Under the pieces are notes generated by a model. It was given only the letters and a program-made list of their open reading frames with translations. It made no database searches and was not told the origin of the DNA. DNA of 54,281 nt, the filler included, from Sphacelaria rigidula (lineage: Eukaryota), in assembly GCA_964200075.2 (NCBI GenBank). It is 3 parts of 3 records of this genome, joined end to end, with 100 filler letters (N's around TTAATTAATTAA, not from the genome) between each part and the next. Parts side by side here need not be neighbours in the genome. Positions count along the whole stretch, not along the records: positions 1 to 18,031 come from CAXNAA020000931.1; positions 18,132 to 36,157 come from CAXNAA020000932.1; 1 more part is not named here. The stretch is one strand, 5' to 3'. A program made the translations under genes and the position numbers. Shown here piece after piece: positions 13,701 through 23,900 of this stretch. The first letter of the stretch is position 1. Each line of letters starts with the position of its first letter.

Positions 13701-14898
13701 GCATATACGCATTGCAATGCCGAAACTCGCGTACAACCTCAAAAGTGCTACACCGATCTGGACCTACCTTCAGCAAGACAGGTCTAGCTTGCTTTCGGCA
13801 GTGCTCTCGGTGTTCAAAATCATTCGAGAGAGACCGGACCAAAATTTGGAAGATGCACACGTCATGCTTCGTGTCTACATCACATTATATTTCAATGTGC
13901 ACCTATGCAGGTCCAAGTCGGGGAAAAGTAACACCATGTCGATACACATACATCATGGCGACGCCCATAAGAGCAAACCTGACCACTGCACGGCCAAATC
14001 GCTGATGGCTATCGGTGCACCGTGCTTTCGATTGGCAAATGTTTGCAGCTCACGGAAAACTCGAGAATATTTTAACACACCCACGCTATCGGTGGGCCTT
14101 CATTTAAACTTACGTGCGTAGACAACTGTCTCTTTGATGTGTATGTGAACAGTACGTCACGTAAGTGTACCATTCCTTTGTTTCGTCTAACATGTTTTGC
14201 GTTTGTTCCATTCTTCGTCACATTTCACCCACGAAGTTGTGCCAAGTGGGTGTTGTCGGCCCCACCCTACGTGCACCGATGCTACGTACATGGTGCCCGA
14301 ACGGGTGAAGTTTCGGCGGCAATTTCAAGAATTGCGTGCTTCATTATTTGGATCCCAATTGCTGCCTTTCCATCGACAACCGGATTTTTGTACGTGCGAG
14401 TACACTTGAATTGTTGTCGCTACTGACGACGTCATCGGACGCGCCTGTCGTTGCTTGATTTCTCAATTACTTAGACTGCGGCCGACCCCACGAGTCGCGT
14501 CTTGCTTTGTTCGGGACGGAGTGCATGTCTGCACGCCTGAATTGTTTTGTTCGGGATGTACACTTTCCTTTTTGAAGCCTTTGTCGTGGGGGCGGAACGA
14601 CCTCCTCTGTTACAACTTTGTTCTCATGTATCTGGTCGTAGAACCTTGGGTATTCGTTTGTTTTAACGACCTACCCCGCTCCCAATCAAATCGTGTCTCG
14701 GCCGGTAGTTCATCTCGTCGTTCGTGCTTGTTTAAAAACAATCAGATAGTTTGAAGCGCATCATTTCGGGCGTCTTCAGCTCATTCTTTCTCTCTCCCCT
14801 TACTTCCAGCTGAAGAGGTGGCCCAGCTCAAAAGACTGATCCCAAGCTGTCGCACTTGGGACGACGGGGACTATGGAGGTTTGAGACTTGTATCGTGA
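6802..14898 (+). CDS. Spliced gene: 4-TM XK-related-like membrane module + 8 exon-encoded LRRs + LRR C-cap (~550 aa)
   Basis: Exons 6802-7789, 8071-8142, 9117-9188, 9887-9958, 10421-10492, 11327-11398, 11602-11673, 12076-12147, 12291-12362 and 14810-14898. All introns are phase 1 with AG acceptors and GT donors (GC at 9189). The joined frame is open to TGA 14896-14898. The start is uncertain: ATG 6802, ATG 6733, or an upstream exon via the AG at 6776-6777. Confidence 0.85.
8071..8142 (+). CDS. LRR exon (72 nt) GPIPAALGDLRDLQEFTLSSNKFDG
   Basis: tccag|...G|gtgagt, plant-specific-type LRR consensus. Confidence 0.9.
9117..9188 (+). CDS. LRR exon (72 nt) GSIPSQLGNLSALTRLDIRGNNLTG
   Basis: tgcag|...G|gcgagt (GC donor). 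Confidence 0.85.
9887..9958 (+). CDS. LRR exon (72 nt) GSIPEALGNLRALTELYLNANKLTG
   Basis: tacag|...G|gtgagc. Confidence 0.92.
10421..10492 (+). CDS. LRR exon (72 nt) GPIPATLGKLVLLKEVRLDDNELEG
   Basis: tgcag|...G|gtaagt. Confidence 0.92.
11327..11398 (+). CDS. LRR exon (72 nt) ENIPQALGNLTALETLCLEKNKLTG
   Basis: ttcaag|...G|gtgggt; the first residue is E instead of the consensus G. Confidence 0.85.
11602..11673 (+). CDS. LRR exon (72 nt) GDIPPQLGDLTNLSTLTLGHNELTG
   Basis: tgcag|...G|gtgaga. Confidence 0.92.
12076..12147 (+). CDS. LRR exon (72 nt) GSIPWQLGNLTRLYTLRFQKNRLKG
   Basis: tgcag|...G|gtgggg. Confidence 0.9.
12291..12362 (+). CDS. LRR exon (72 nt) GPIPSQLAGLTGVKQIYFTGNLFS
   Basis: tgcag|...G|gtatga. 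Confidence 0.9.
14810..14898 (+). CDS. Terminal exon of LRR gene: C-cap AEEVAQLKRLIPSCRTWDDGDYGGLRLVS*
   Basis: Strong pyrimidine tract ttctttctctctccccttacttccag, phase 1. NLFS-AEEVAQLKRLIPSC resembles a typical LRR C-terminal capping helix. Confidence 0.75.
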
Positions 14899-15775
14899 TG
14901 GCAACGGGGACAGCAACGCGGCTTCGACCTCTTCGCGATCACACCTTTGGTCTGGAGCAATGTCTAGAAGAACACGTCCCACCCGGAATGGGGTAAGGCA
15001 CCTTCTCGCTTTGGGGTTGCGGAAGGAGGGATCCTTTTCGGAGGGGGGGGGCTCGGGATTTCCGAAAGATGTCCCCCGTAGAGTCTACGGTGAACCTCTA
15101 AGTCTCTTCGAGATGTTTTGGCTTTTTGACTGACGCCGGTGGTCAGAAATGGGGAGAAAAGACGAAGCGACGGCGGGAGGTAGCGAAGATCTCGTGTATC
15201 TGTCTCATGGTTCCGGGAGAGCAGAATTCCAGTTTAATTCAGAAGCATGATGTATGTCGTCTTCCTGGTTCAAGTGCTGTGGTGGCCGCGGCTCTGCCGA
15301 GGTGTTTCTAAGAAAGTTCGCCGAGCCGCGCGAGCGTTTTGTTCTCACGCAGTCATTGGTTTGTGAATTTCACGAGAGGCAGCGGGGCCAGAACAAACAA
15401 ATACGTTCAGCACAACAGAGGAGTTCCTTGATGGGAGGGGGTTTCTCTTCAAGTAAGTAGTTTGTCAATCGGCTAGCTCTGAACAGTGCGCCCTCCCATC
15501 GCGGGACTGCCCAGCAGTTTCTTAAACTGGTATTCGGTGGGCTCCATCAGGAATGTTCCGGCTGGCGACGGACCAAAGACGAGGGCGTTTGCTTCTGGAA
15601 TGTCCGACGTGCGGCTCTTCTAGGGTTTACCGTGTGGTGTGCTTCACGATTCAAGAATGTTTTCACCCCCCTTCCCCCCGGAGAGCAGGTCCTTAGCTAC
15701 CTTAGACACTACTCGGAGTATTTTTTCATGCATGTTTTCGGTGCCCCGCCATGGACGTCATATGTTGCGATCAAC

Positions 15776-16697
15776 TGTCAGTGACGGGTATCTCGACTCT
15801 CTTGTGTCGAGACTTTCTTGGTTCACCGATCTCCCCTCGCCGGATGTTAGTAAGTATGTAATGAAAACCACATACGCACCTTGTGTGTATAAAGGTGGTT
15901 CCGCGAGTGTGGCGTGGGCGGCGATTGGCCATGGGCCAACTCGATGGAGCTAAAACAGTGCTCGGCGCATTTTCCGTTTTCTCGGCCGGCGCCAATTTTT
16001 CATCAAGTGTTCCTCGGCCTGCATGTGTCATAGAGTACAGCCGTGGCAGAATTTTCCTGGAATTTTCGGGGCAGGGTTTTTTACCTCGGCGTGTACCGTG
16101 TTGGTGGGAGATTTCCCACGTGGTGAGGCTACAAAAGGCGCCGCCACTTTCTTGGCTTGGTGTGTGCGTGGTTTCCCATTTTCCTTGTGTGGTTTCAGCA
16201 GCCACTTTACATGGGTTGACGTGCAGGTGTTTGCTCTCAACCGAGTATCCTTGAAGTATGTGTGCTAGTGTTTCCAATTTTGGATATTTTTTTCAGGCCC
16301 GAGTTCTCAAGTATCTCAAGTTGTGGGTGGCACGCACTGCTGTCGCAGCGGAGACTCCTCACCTGTCTCGCGTTGTGTGTCATGGGCCGCGAGGCTCCAA
16401 ACACTAATTCCTGGGACCCTCGGCGTGCTCTGTTCTCTCTACTGGCGACGTGGGGTCTCCCCGAACTTGTTCACTCATTCAACTGGCTCCTGACAGTCTA
16501 GGCGGTTTACTTCCCGTGACTTGCTATGGTATTGTTATTTTCTGCATTTCAACTAATTGCTGCTCAGCCTACTTTGTACGCACGTTCTTGTGCTACTTCA
16601 GTCGAGCACACAAAGATAAAACGTTTCTAGCTACTGACTTGACACTATCACTACGGGGTGTATTGCTACAGTGCTCTCATACACGTTTTATTTGACA
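15776..16697. mobile_element. Possible solo LTR / repeat fragment
   Basis: tgtca...tgaca termini. ccgcc occurs at 16698-16702 and 15746-15750 but is not flush with the left terminus. Confidence 0.25.
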
Positions 16698-18031
16698 CCG
16701 CCTAGGGTAGACTAGGCTCTTTATGCCCTAGGGTAGGCAATGGCCCCGAATAGACAGAATTTTAACATTTTGCCATGACACCATGCGAACATACAACTGC
16801 CATTACAGTGAGTTGTGGGTTTGATAGGACTGCAAAGCGGGCACGAACTGGAAAGCGTTGGCTTAAGAACATGCTTGCATCGCATCGCTCGGCGTAGATT
16901 GAGGTCCTTCCGGTCGGTCGACATATCTTGACATTTAATACTTTTCCGCCACGTGACGTGAGATACCATACCCCAGGTATTGATCTTGACGTTAAAATTT
17001 CAGCAAGGGCGATGGTGGTGACTTTCATCGCGGCACCATTCCAAACATCTAGCAGAGACCTCCTTAAGTATGTCATGTGTACTTGTCACCGTCGGTGTCG
17101 CGGAGACATTCCAATTTCGAATTTTTGCATATTTCGTCAAATATTCGAAATAACAATGTCCCGGGGACGAAATTTCAAACTTCAATTTTTGGCGGGTGCC
17201 CGTGGGCAATACAAACACATCTAAAAACAATCCGAGATCAATTGGAGCATCTGATGGCGCGGAATCTCCACTTTTCTATATTCCGCCGCAAAGGGTCCCG
17301 AACTGGAACATTTTTCCGAACCTTTTTTCCTCTCTCCCGTGTACGCGAAAACACGTTGACGACATACCACGCCCGAAACATGAAAGCCAATAGCAGACAA
17401 CAGGAGCCCCAAACAGCGTTCTTAGCGACCTTTGTGGAAAAGGAAGGTGTGTGTATCTGTCTCTGCGCGTGTATACGGGTCCGCGTACGTGTCCACCACT
17501 GAGCTGGCAGGCGCGCGCATGCAAGACAACATCGATCGACCGTGCGAGCCCCACGCGCCACGGCAGCAGTTGGAATCGACGGCTTTCCCCTCCCATAGTA
17601 CACAGATAGGTTCTTGTGAGCCAATAGTTTATTTTCGGAGCGCCTCTGCGATATGCTTTTTCAAGCCACCTGAATCGTGCACGTGAGATAACACCACCTC
17701 AAATTTGCACGATATAACCCCCCCCCAGAAATGTTACGGACGAAATAGTGTTGTTCATAGTTTGCCTTTAGTGGTTGTTCACATGCGTGTCTCTACTGTA
17801 CAAGTCGAGTGCTAGAGCGAACAACAATAGCATTTCGGTCATGCAGGTTACGAGGTTTTGCTAGCTCATGCAAATATGACTTACTTTTACTATTTTATAT
17901 GGTTACACATTTCACCATTCCGTTCGGCACAGTTCGATTTTACTATCATGTCAACCTTCTAGCATCTGCTCGCTGCTGGAATCAAACACCTTACTGTCTC
18001 ACCGTTACGCTTGAAACAATCGTAAGCTCAC

Positions 18032-18131
18032 NNNNNNNNNNNNNNNNNNNNNNNNNNNNNNNNNNNNNNNNNNNNTTAATTAATTAANNNNNNNNNNNNN
18101 NNNNNNNNNNNNNNNNNNNNNNNNNNNNNNN
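18032..18131. other. Artificial scaffold linker N44-TTAATTAATTAA-N44
   Basis: Six-frame-stop spacer between N runs. Confidence 0.97.
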
Positions 18132-18268
18132 CCATAGCGCCACCGCTACGGCCTTTAACAAAAATCCGGCTATGTCACCTTCTTCGTCTCTTCATCGCGG
18201 TCAGTATGATACCATATATGCGATTATTGGGTGCATATTGCGGAAGGCAATTGCTGATGACACAATTT

Positions 18269-18295
18269 TGGGTGATCACCGTGAACCAGCCTGTA
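18269..18295. mobile_element. Isolated right TIR of the same TA-flanked family, near the scaffold gap
   Basis: tgggtgatcaccgtgaaccagcctg|TA matches the TIR of 29622-30926. Confidence 0.55.
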
Positions 18296-19759
18296 GGCGT
18301 TTGGAGTTGTGACAAAATAATGATTCTGAACCCCAAAAGTGTAGTGTCTACCTCAGTCTACCAGCGGGGGGGTCGCTGTCTAAGGGTTAAGCCCAAACAT
18401 CCCAAATTAAGCTGGACCTTGACCCTTGGACCGCGATGTGGTTAGTCCATCTATATCACAACACTTTTTTCAAGTGAAATTGACACCGATTCTGCAGGTG
18501 ACTTACCCTTGCGGTCAATTTCACTTGAAAAATGTATTGTGATAAACAGCTGGGGTATAGCTGATGACGTGTCCATTATTCCTCCGCGTTATTCGTTTAT
18601 TAGCCTGGTCATAGGTTTTGGTCGTTCAGGCTCTCATTCACCAGCATCATTGTGTAACTGGTCTACAAGAGCAGAAAGTCCTGTCCTGTGTAGGTTCATG
18701 CACGTGAGAGTTAATGAATTAGCATGCAGCGGAGAAACAACTCTCCACCTACACAGTAGTCACGCCAGCATCCTCATATTCCTGCCGCCCACGTCCCTCT
18801 TTAAAAGCACCCCGTCATCTGTTGGTGATCAGTCACGTACAGTGGGCAATCCATGCGCATGTACGTCTTACTGTCTGTTGTCTACGCTCTCTGTAGCGTC
18901 AATCATACGGAATGACTGTATCCATCATTTGTATTTGTATGTGAGAACGTGAGGCTGTATTATCACCTCGAGACATGGTGATTGCATTCGAGCTGAATCC
19001 AGGTCGGAAGCCATCCACGCCACGTACGCCCAGAACTCCCAAGATCAACAGTGCCGCAAGTGTCCTCGTGGGCGCCATATCGTAGTTGGACCCAAGCTAC
19101 ACAGCTACCGCGGATGCTTGCTGGCTGTGGGAGAAGTAAGTGGCTTTTCGGGTTAATACCCAACGACCCGCGGTCAACGTACTTGAGTCTCTGGACACTT
19201 TCTATGAATCACGGGTCTGACATCCAAGTCAAGGGCGAATGTTTGTTGCAGAGTGCTGTATTCACTCCATTTGCCCGCGTAGTGGGGCGACAGTGTACAC
19301 CAACACAGGCGAAAACGATGTACATAACCACTACAGGCACAAGGAGCGGCAGCATCTACTCTATCATATAATCCCAGGTGTAGTGTTTGTGTAAACCCTC
19401 TTCCAAACAACAGAACATCACGTCCCTTCCCACGCAACATGCAGATGTCACTTTGGGCAGTCAAGACCTCAAGGAGCCTTCCGCTGCACACGTACGATAG
19501 GGAGGAGCGAGCCTACACCTCCACCCCCACCAAGATAGGTGGACACTGCCTCGATCATGTTCGAAACGGCCTAGACTTATGGAGCGGAAGCGACCGCCCG
19601 ACCCCTCCCAGCAACGAGTTTGAAAAAGACACTACTCAGCTCTTACTACCGACCGGCCGCTTTGGCGGCTTATCTCCATGCGCCGGTGACGTAATATTGA
19701 GGTTTGGAAGAAGGTCGCAGAGACGGCCCGCTCTACATCGGCGGGCGCACACCCACAGC

Positions 19760-20959
19760 ATGAACAAAGTTCTGCCTGCGGAACCGCGTCCTCGTGCTGG
19801 ATCTTGTGCCATGTTTCCTATGTACGTAGCTCCTGTGGAGTTGCCGCCAGACTCCTTGGCCTGGCGGCATATTCCAGGCGCTCACAGCGAAGGCGAACGC
19901 GTCATGATGCACCTGCAAGAAGAACACGGTTCCTCACCGTCGCCTTCTTTTCAGCAGCAGGAGCAGCTGGACCGGCAGGACCGACAGCCGCAGCAACGGC
20001 ATGGCAACTACTACTCTAGTCGTAGTGGTAGAAATAGTGGTGACCACGGTGGCGTGGCGACGAAACACGCAGGCGCGCTGATGGCCGTGCTGCTGTCCAA
20101 GCTTGCCAACGGCAATGGCGTCAGCAACACCAGTGTAGTTTACGGGGAGGAAAAAACAGACGCGATAGTACTGGGCCCTGAGTCTTCGGGGAAGGTTCGT
20201 CACACCCACACGGCGGCAGATCACCTGCGCAGCATTGACGAAATCACAATAACGCCAAGAAGCTTGGCCGCCGAAGACTTGCTTGCCGGCGGTTCCATCA
20301 ACGGCGGTGCTGAAAGTGGGATCCCCGCTCTGTGTGAACGAAGTCCCCTCACCAGTAGCGCGGCGGCGGCAGCGGCGGCGGGGGACGGAGCTACACCAAC
20401 TGCCGACCCGTCCTGGCAATGGAAGTCGAGATTACGGCAGGCGACTAGCTACTCCAAGCTCCGGCGGTTCTCATTTGTTCGAGAGCTGGGCCGTGGTTCC
20501 CACGGCATCATCCTGTTGGTGAAAAAAGTCCCTAGCGGTGAGCTGCGCGTCCTCAAGGAGAGCAGTTTTCTGTCAGAGGCAGTCAACGAAGCTCGGCTAT
20601 TGCTGCTGGCGGGAGCCGGTAAAAATAACGCGGAAGGAGAGACGAGTGGGGATGGTGATGTCGATTCAGGAGTAGATGGGGGCATGGGAGGGAAGGAGAG
20701 GGACGACACTGATGCACGTTTTTTTTCTTCTCATGACAGCAAGCGGCACAACGCGGGGCGGGGTAGCAGATACGTTGGCCCGAACACGGAAGGGCGGCAG
20801 GGCGGTGCGGCTTGGCTGCTACAACACAGCGGAGGTCTCGTTGCTAAGGAGGATGGAGACGAGAGGATTCACGGGAAGAAAGGACAAAGAGTGGATGATC
20901 CTGGCGTGGTGGGCGCCGCCGCCGGCGAGCGACCCGAGCAACGCGGTGGGGTAATAAAG
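19760..20959 (+). CDS. Kinase exon 1 (low-complexity N-terminus, subdomains I-III, long insert)
   Basis: Part of ORF 19439-20968. ATG at 19760 (MNKVLP) is a plausible but unproven start. Donor AAG|gtgcga. Confidence 0.8.
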
Positions 20960-23900
20960 GTGCGATGAGTGAACATTTTGATGGAAGATTTGCCGCACCT
21001 GAAACGCTTTCGAATTTGTAGTTCCCCCGGCTTGGCTGCTGTCACCCCCCCAACACGCACATTGTGGGACATGCTTTTTCGTTCGTGTGGCCGAAAAGAG
21101 GGAAATGGCAAAAATGCGCAGGCGCAAAACCTGCGCACAAAAAACATATTAGAGCCGCTTGCTGTGGAGATCACTCCATTCCCCACCTATACACATATAT
21201 ACATACATATATACCAAACCCCTTCACATATTTCGCATTATTGGTAAACATTTTCAGCCTTGTTTCAAACATGTAACCTCCTTTCACCACGCCACGCACG
21301 CGCCCTCTGACGCCTTGAAACACCCCACCCCTACATACTATAACGTCATTGGGATACGCGCATGCAGCTTCACGACTTCTTCGTGGAGACGCTTGGACAT
21401 ACACCCTTGGCATTTCTAGAATTGGAATTCTGCGGTGGCGGTGACCTGCACGACCTCATACTTGCCAGTGAACGGGATGATCACGTGGGTGGTGAGATAC
21501 ATGGGGATCGCCTGCTGAAGCCGGCGATCTTCGGAGGAGGGCAGGCACGGGATAAGAGGGGCACGGGTGTGCCAGCAGATCAGATTGCCAGGGTTATTCT
21601 CGGCTTGTGCGAGGGTCTGCAATGCCTTCACGAGGTTAGCATGGCACTATTTTCTGCGGGGGCCATTTTTCGTCCGTCTTTCAGGGCTGTTGGTGGGCGG
21701 TGTGATTAGACTCTTGCCTTTCCTGAAGCTTTTTGCACTTTTTTTTACTCGCCCCAAAATAACGGTCGTCGCTCTCCGGTGTGTGCACGCACGCTATGTG
21801 TCTGTGTCTCGTTTTTCGCTATGCCCTTCATTCTCCAGCGGGGCGTACTCCACCGAGATCTGAAGCCGGGTAACGTGTTGCTTACCAAATCGGGCGCCGT
21901 TAGAATTGCAGACCTAGGGGTGTCCACAAGCTTGGAGCCCTCGCGGCCCCTAACTGAGCACGCCGCGGGCACGATCCCGTTCATTGCTCCGGAAGTCCGC
22001 AAGTTTCTCTTGGGGGCGAAGGTCCACTACTCAGGTACCTTGATTATTTTGCGTCCATTCCTTACATACCCGTGGCCGTTTTTTTGTTTTCATTCGTTGC
22101 GTTTTATAATTTCCCAAAATATGATACAGCAGCGTAAATCTTGAGGACATCAGTCTAAAAAAGGTATGCCATTCACGAAACAAATACGCGACATCGGGGA
22201 CATGTGCTTCACCCGTGCCCTGAAAAAACGGGGGAAGCATGTTTTCTCGCCTCGTATGCCTGTTCGAAGAAGAGCGCCCGTCGACGGCAATCCTTCTTGC
22301 CCTAGTTAGACAAGATTTCGACAACTACATCTTACCTACGAGTAGTCATACTTTTCCTACATGTTTTTTCTGGACTGCCCTACCCATCTTTTCTAGGCGT
22401 GTGCGGACTGCCTGCAGTACGTACAGTATCCCACTTGGTCGGCGCGTGCTCCACCCAAACTTCCAACGACAGTGACCACGGCACTCGCAGAACGGGTTCT
22501 TTACTGGCTTGCTCGTCATTCACCAAACACAACGGCCAAACTCGGCGTGCCCTCTTTCGAACACAGTATGAATCTATGTTCTCACGGTGGCAACCAATTA
22601 GTAGGTGTTTGAGGGGAAAAGATCCCTCGTTTTTTGTGTTTTCGTTCTGCGGCTTTCCCCCCGATGAACGGATGGGTCGGGAATATGTGCAGCTCTCTCG
22701 TGTCAAGCACATAATGGCGTCGCCTTGTACCTCTCTGCCGACTCGCGACGCAAAGTGCATGTGTTGTAGGGTGGCGCGTGCTGCTCGTGACAAGCCTCAG
22801 AAGCAGTAGTAGTACTAGGATAGTCTCTATGATCTCCCCCCGAGAAACACTCTCGATTTTTGTTGACATTCCGATGATATAACCACTCGAAAACCTGGTC
22901 ACATGAACAAATGTATCACACTCGCTTGGGCGGCCTGCTATACCCTGACATCTGAATACAACAATGACACAACAGTAGCACTTCTACAGCGGTATTGGCT
23001 TGTGTAAGCCCATGGACGGAGCCGACCACTTTGCTGCCCGTGCTGTACATAGTACGTGATCGCATGCTGTTACTGCCGCGCATGTTGTCATCAATCAGCC
23101 ATCGAAGGTCACGTCAATCGATGATACACCGTGCAGCCCAAGGGCTTCCGCAGGCAGCACACTCTACTGACAATAACACGTGCGCTCTCTTTCGCGAGTC
23201 GGCAGAGAGGTACAGGGCGACGTCATGATGTGCTTGACACGAGGGGATTGCACATTTTCCCGATCCGTCCGTTTATCGGGGGAAGAGTCGCGGAACGAAA
23301 ACACAAAACCGATGGATCTTTACCCCCAAAACGCCTACTAGTTGGTTGCCGCCGCGAGCAGGTAGACTCGGAAGTCCATATCCGAAAAAGGATACGCTGA
23401 GTTTGGTCGTTGTGTTTGATGAATGACGAGTAAGCCAGTAAAGAACCCGTTCTGCAGGTGCCGTGATTGCTGCTGCTGGAAGTTTTGATAGCGTACGCGC
23501 CAACTACATGGTATACTGTAGGAACTGCAAACAACCCGCACCGACCTAGAAAAGATGGGTAGGGCAGTCTACAAAAGGCATGTAGGAGAAGTATGACTAC
23601 TCGTAGGGAACATGCTGTCGAAATCTTGCCTAACTAGGGTAAGACGGGTTTCGGTCCACGGACGCTCTTTTGCGCATGGCCGTATAAGGTAACAAAACGT
23701 GTTTTTTTTCACATTTTTTTGCAGGCACAGGTGCAGCACATACCCCCCAAATGATGCGCTTAAATAATTCCTAGCCAGAACAATGTTGGCATGTGATCCC
23801 AGTGTCGCGTGTGTGGTCCATATAGTACCTTACTTGTCAGGGCGAAAAGCATGAAGGTAGTCCTTTTTCTAGACTAACCCCCACAAATGTGTAGGGTGGT

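Noticed and set aside
13300-14780. Possible highly diverged foldback centred near 14060 in the last LRR intron
   Set aside because: Only a few short inverted matches are visible by eye; they cannot be distinguished from chance without alignment.
18076-18087. Palindromic TTAATTAATTAA, also at 36202-36213
   Set aside because: Centred in identical 44-N flanks: an artificial contig linker. Adjacency across these gaps is unproven.
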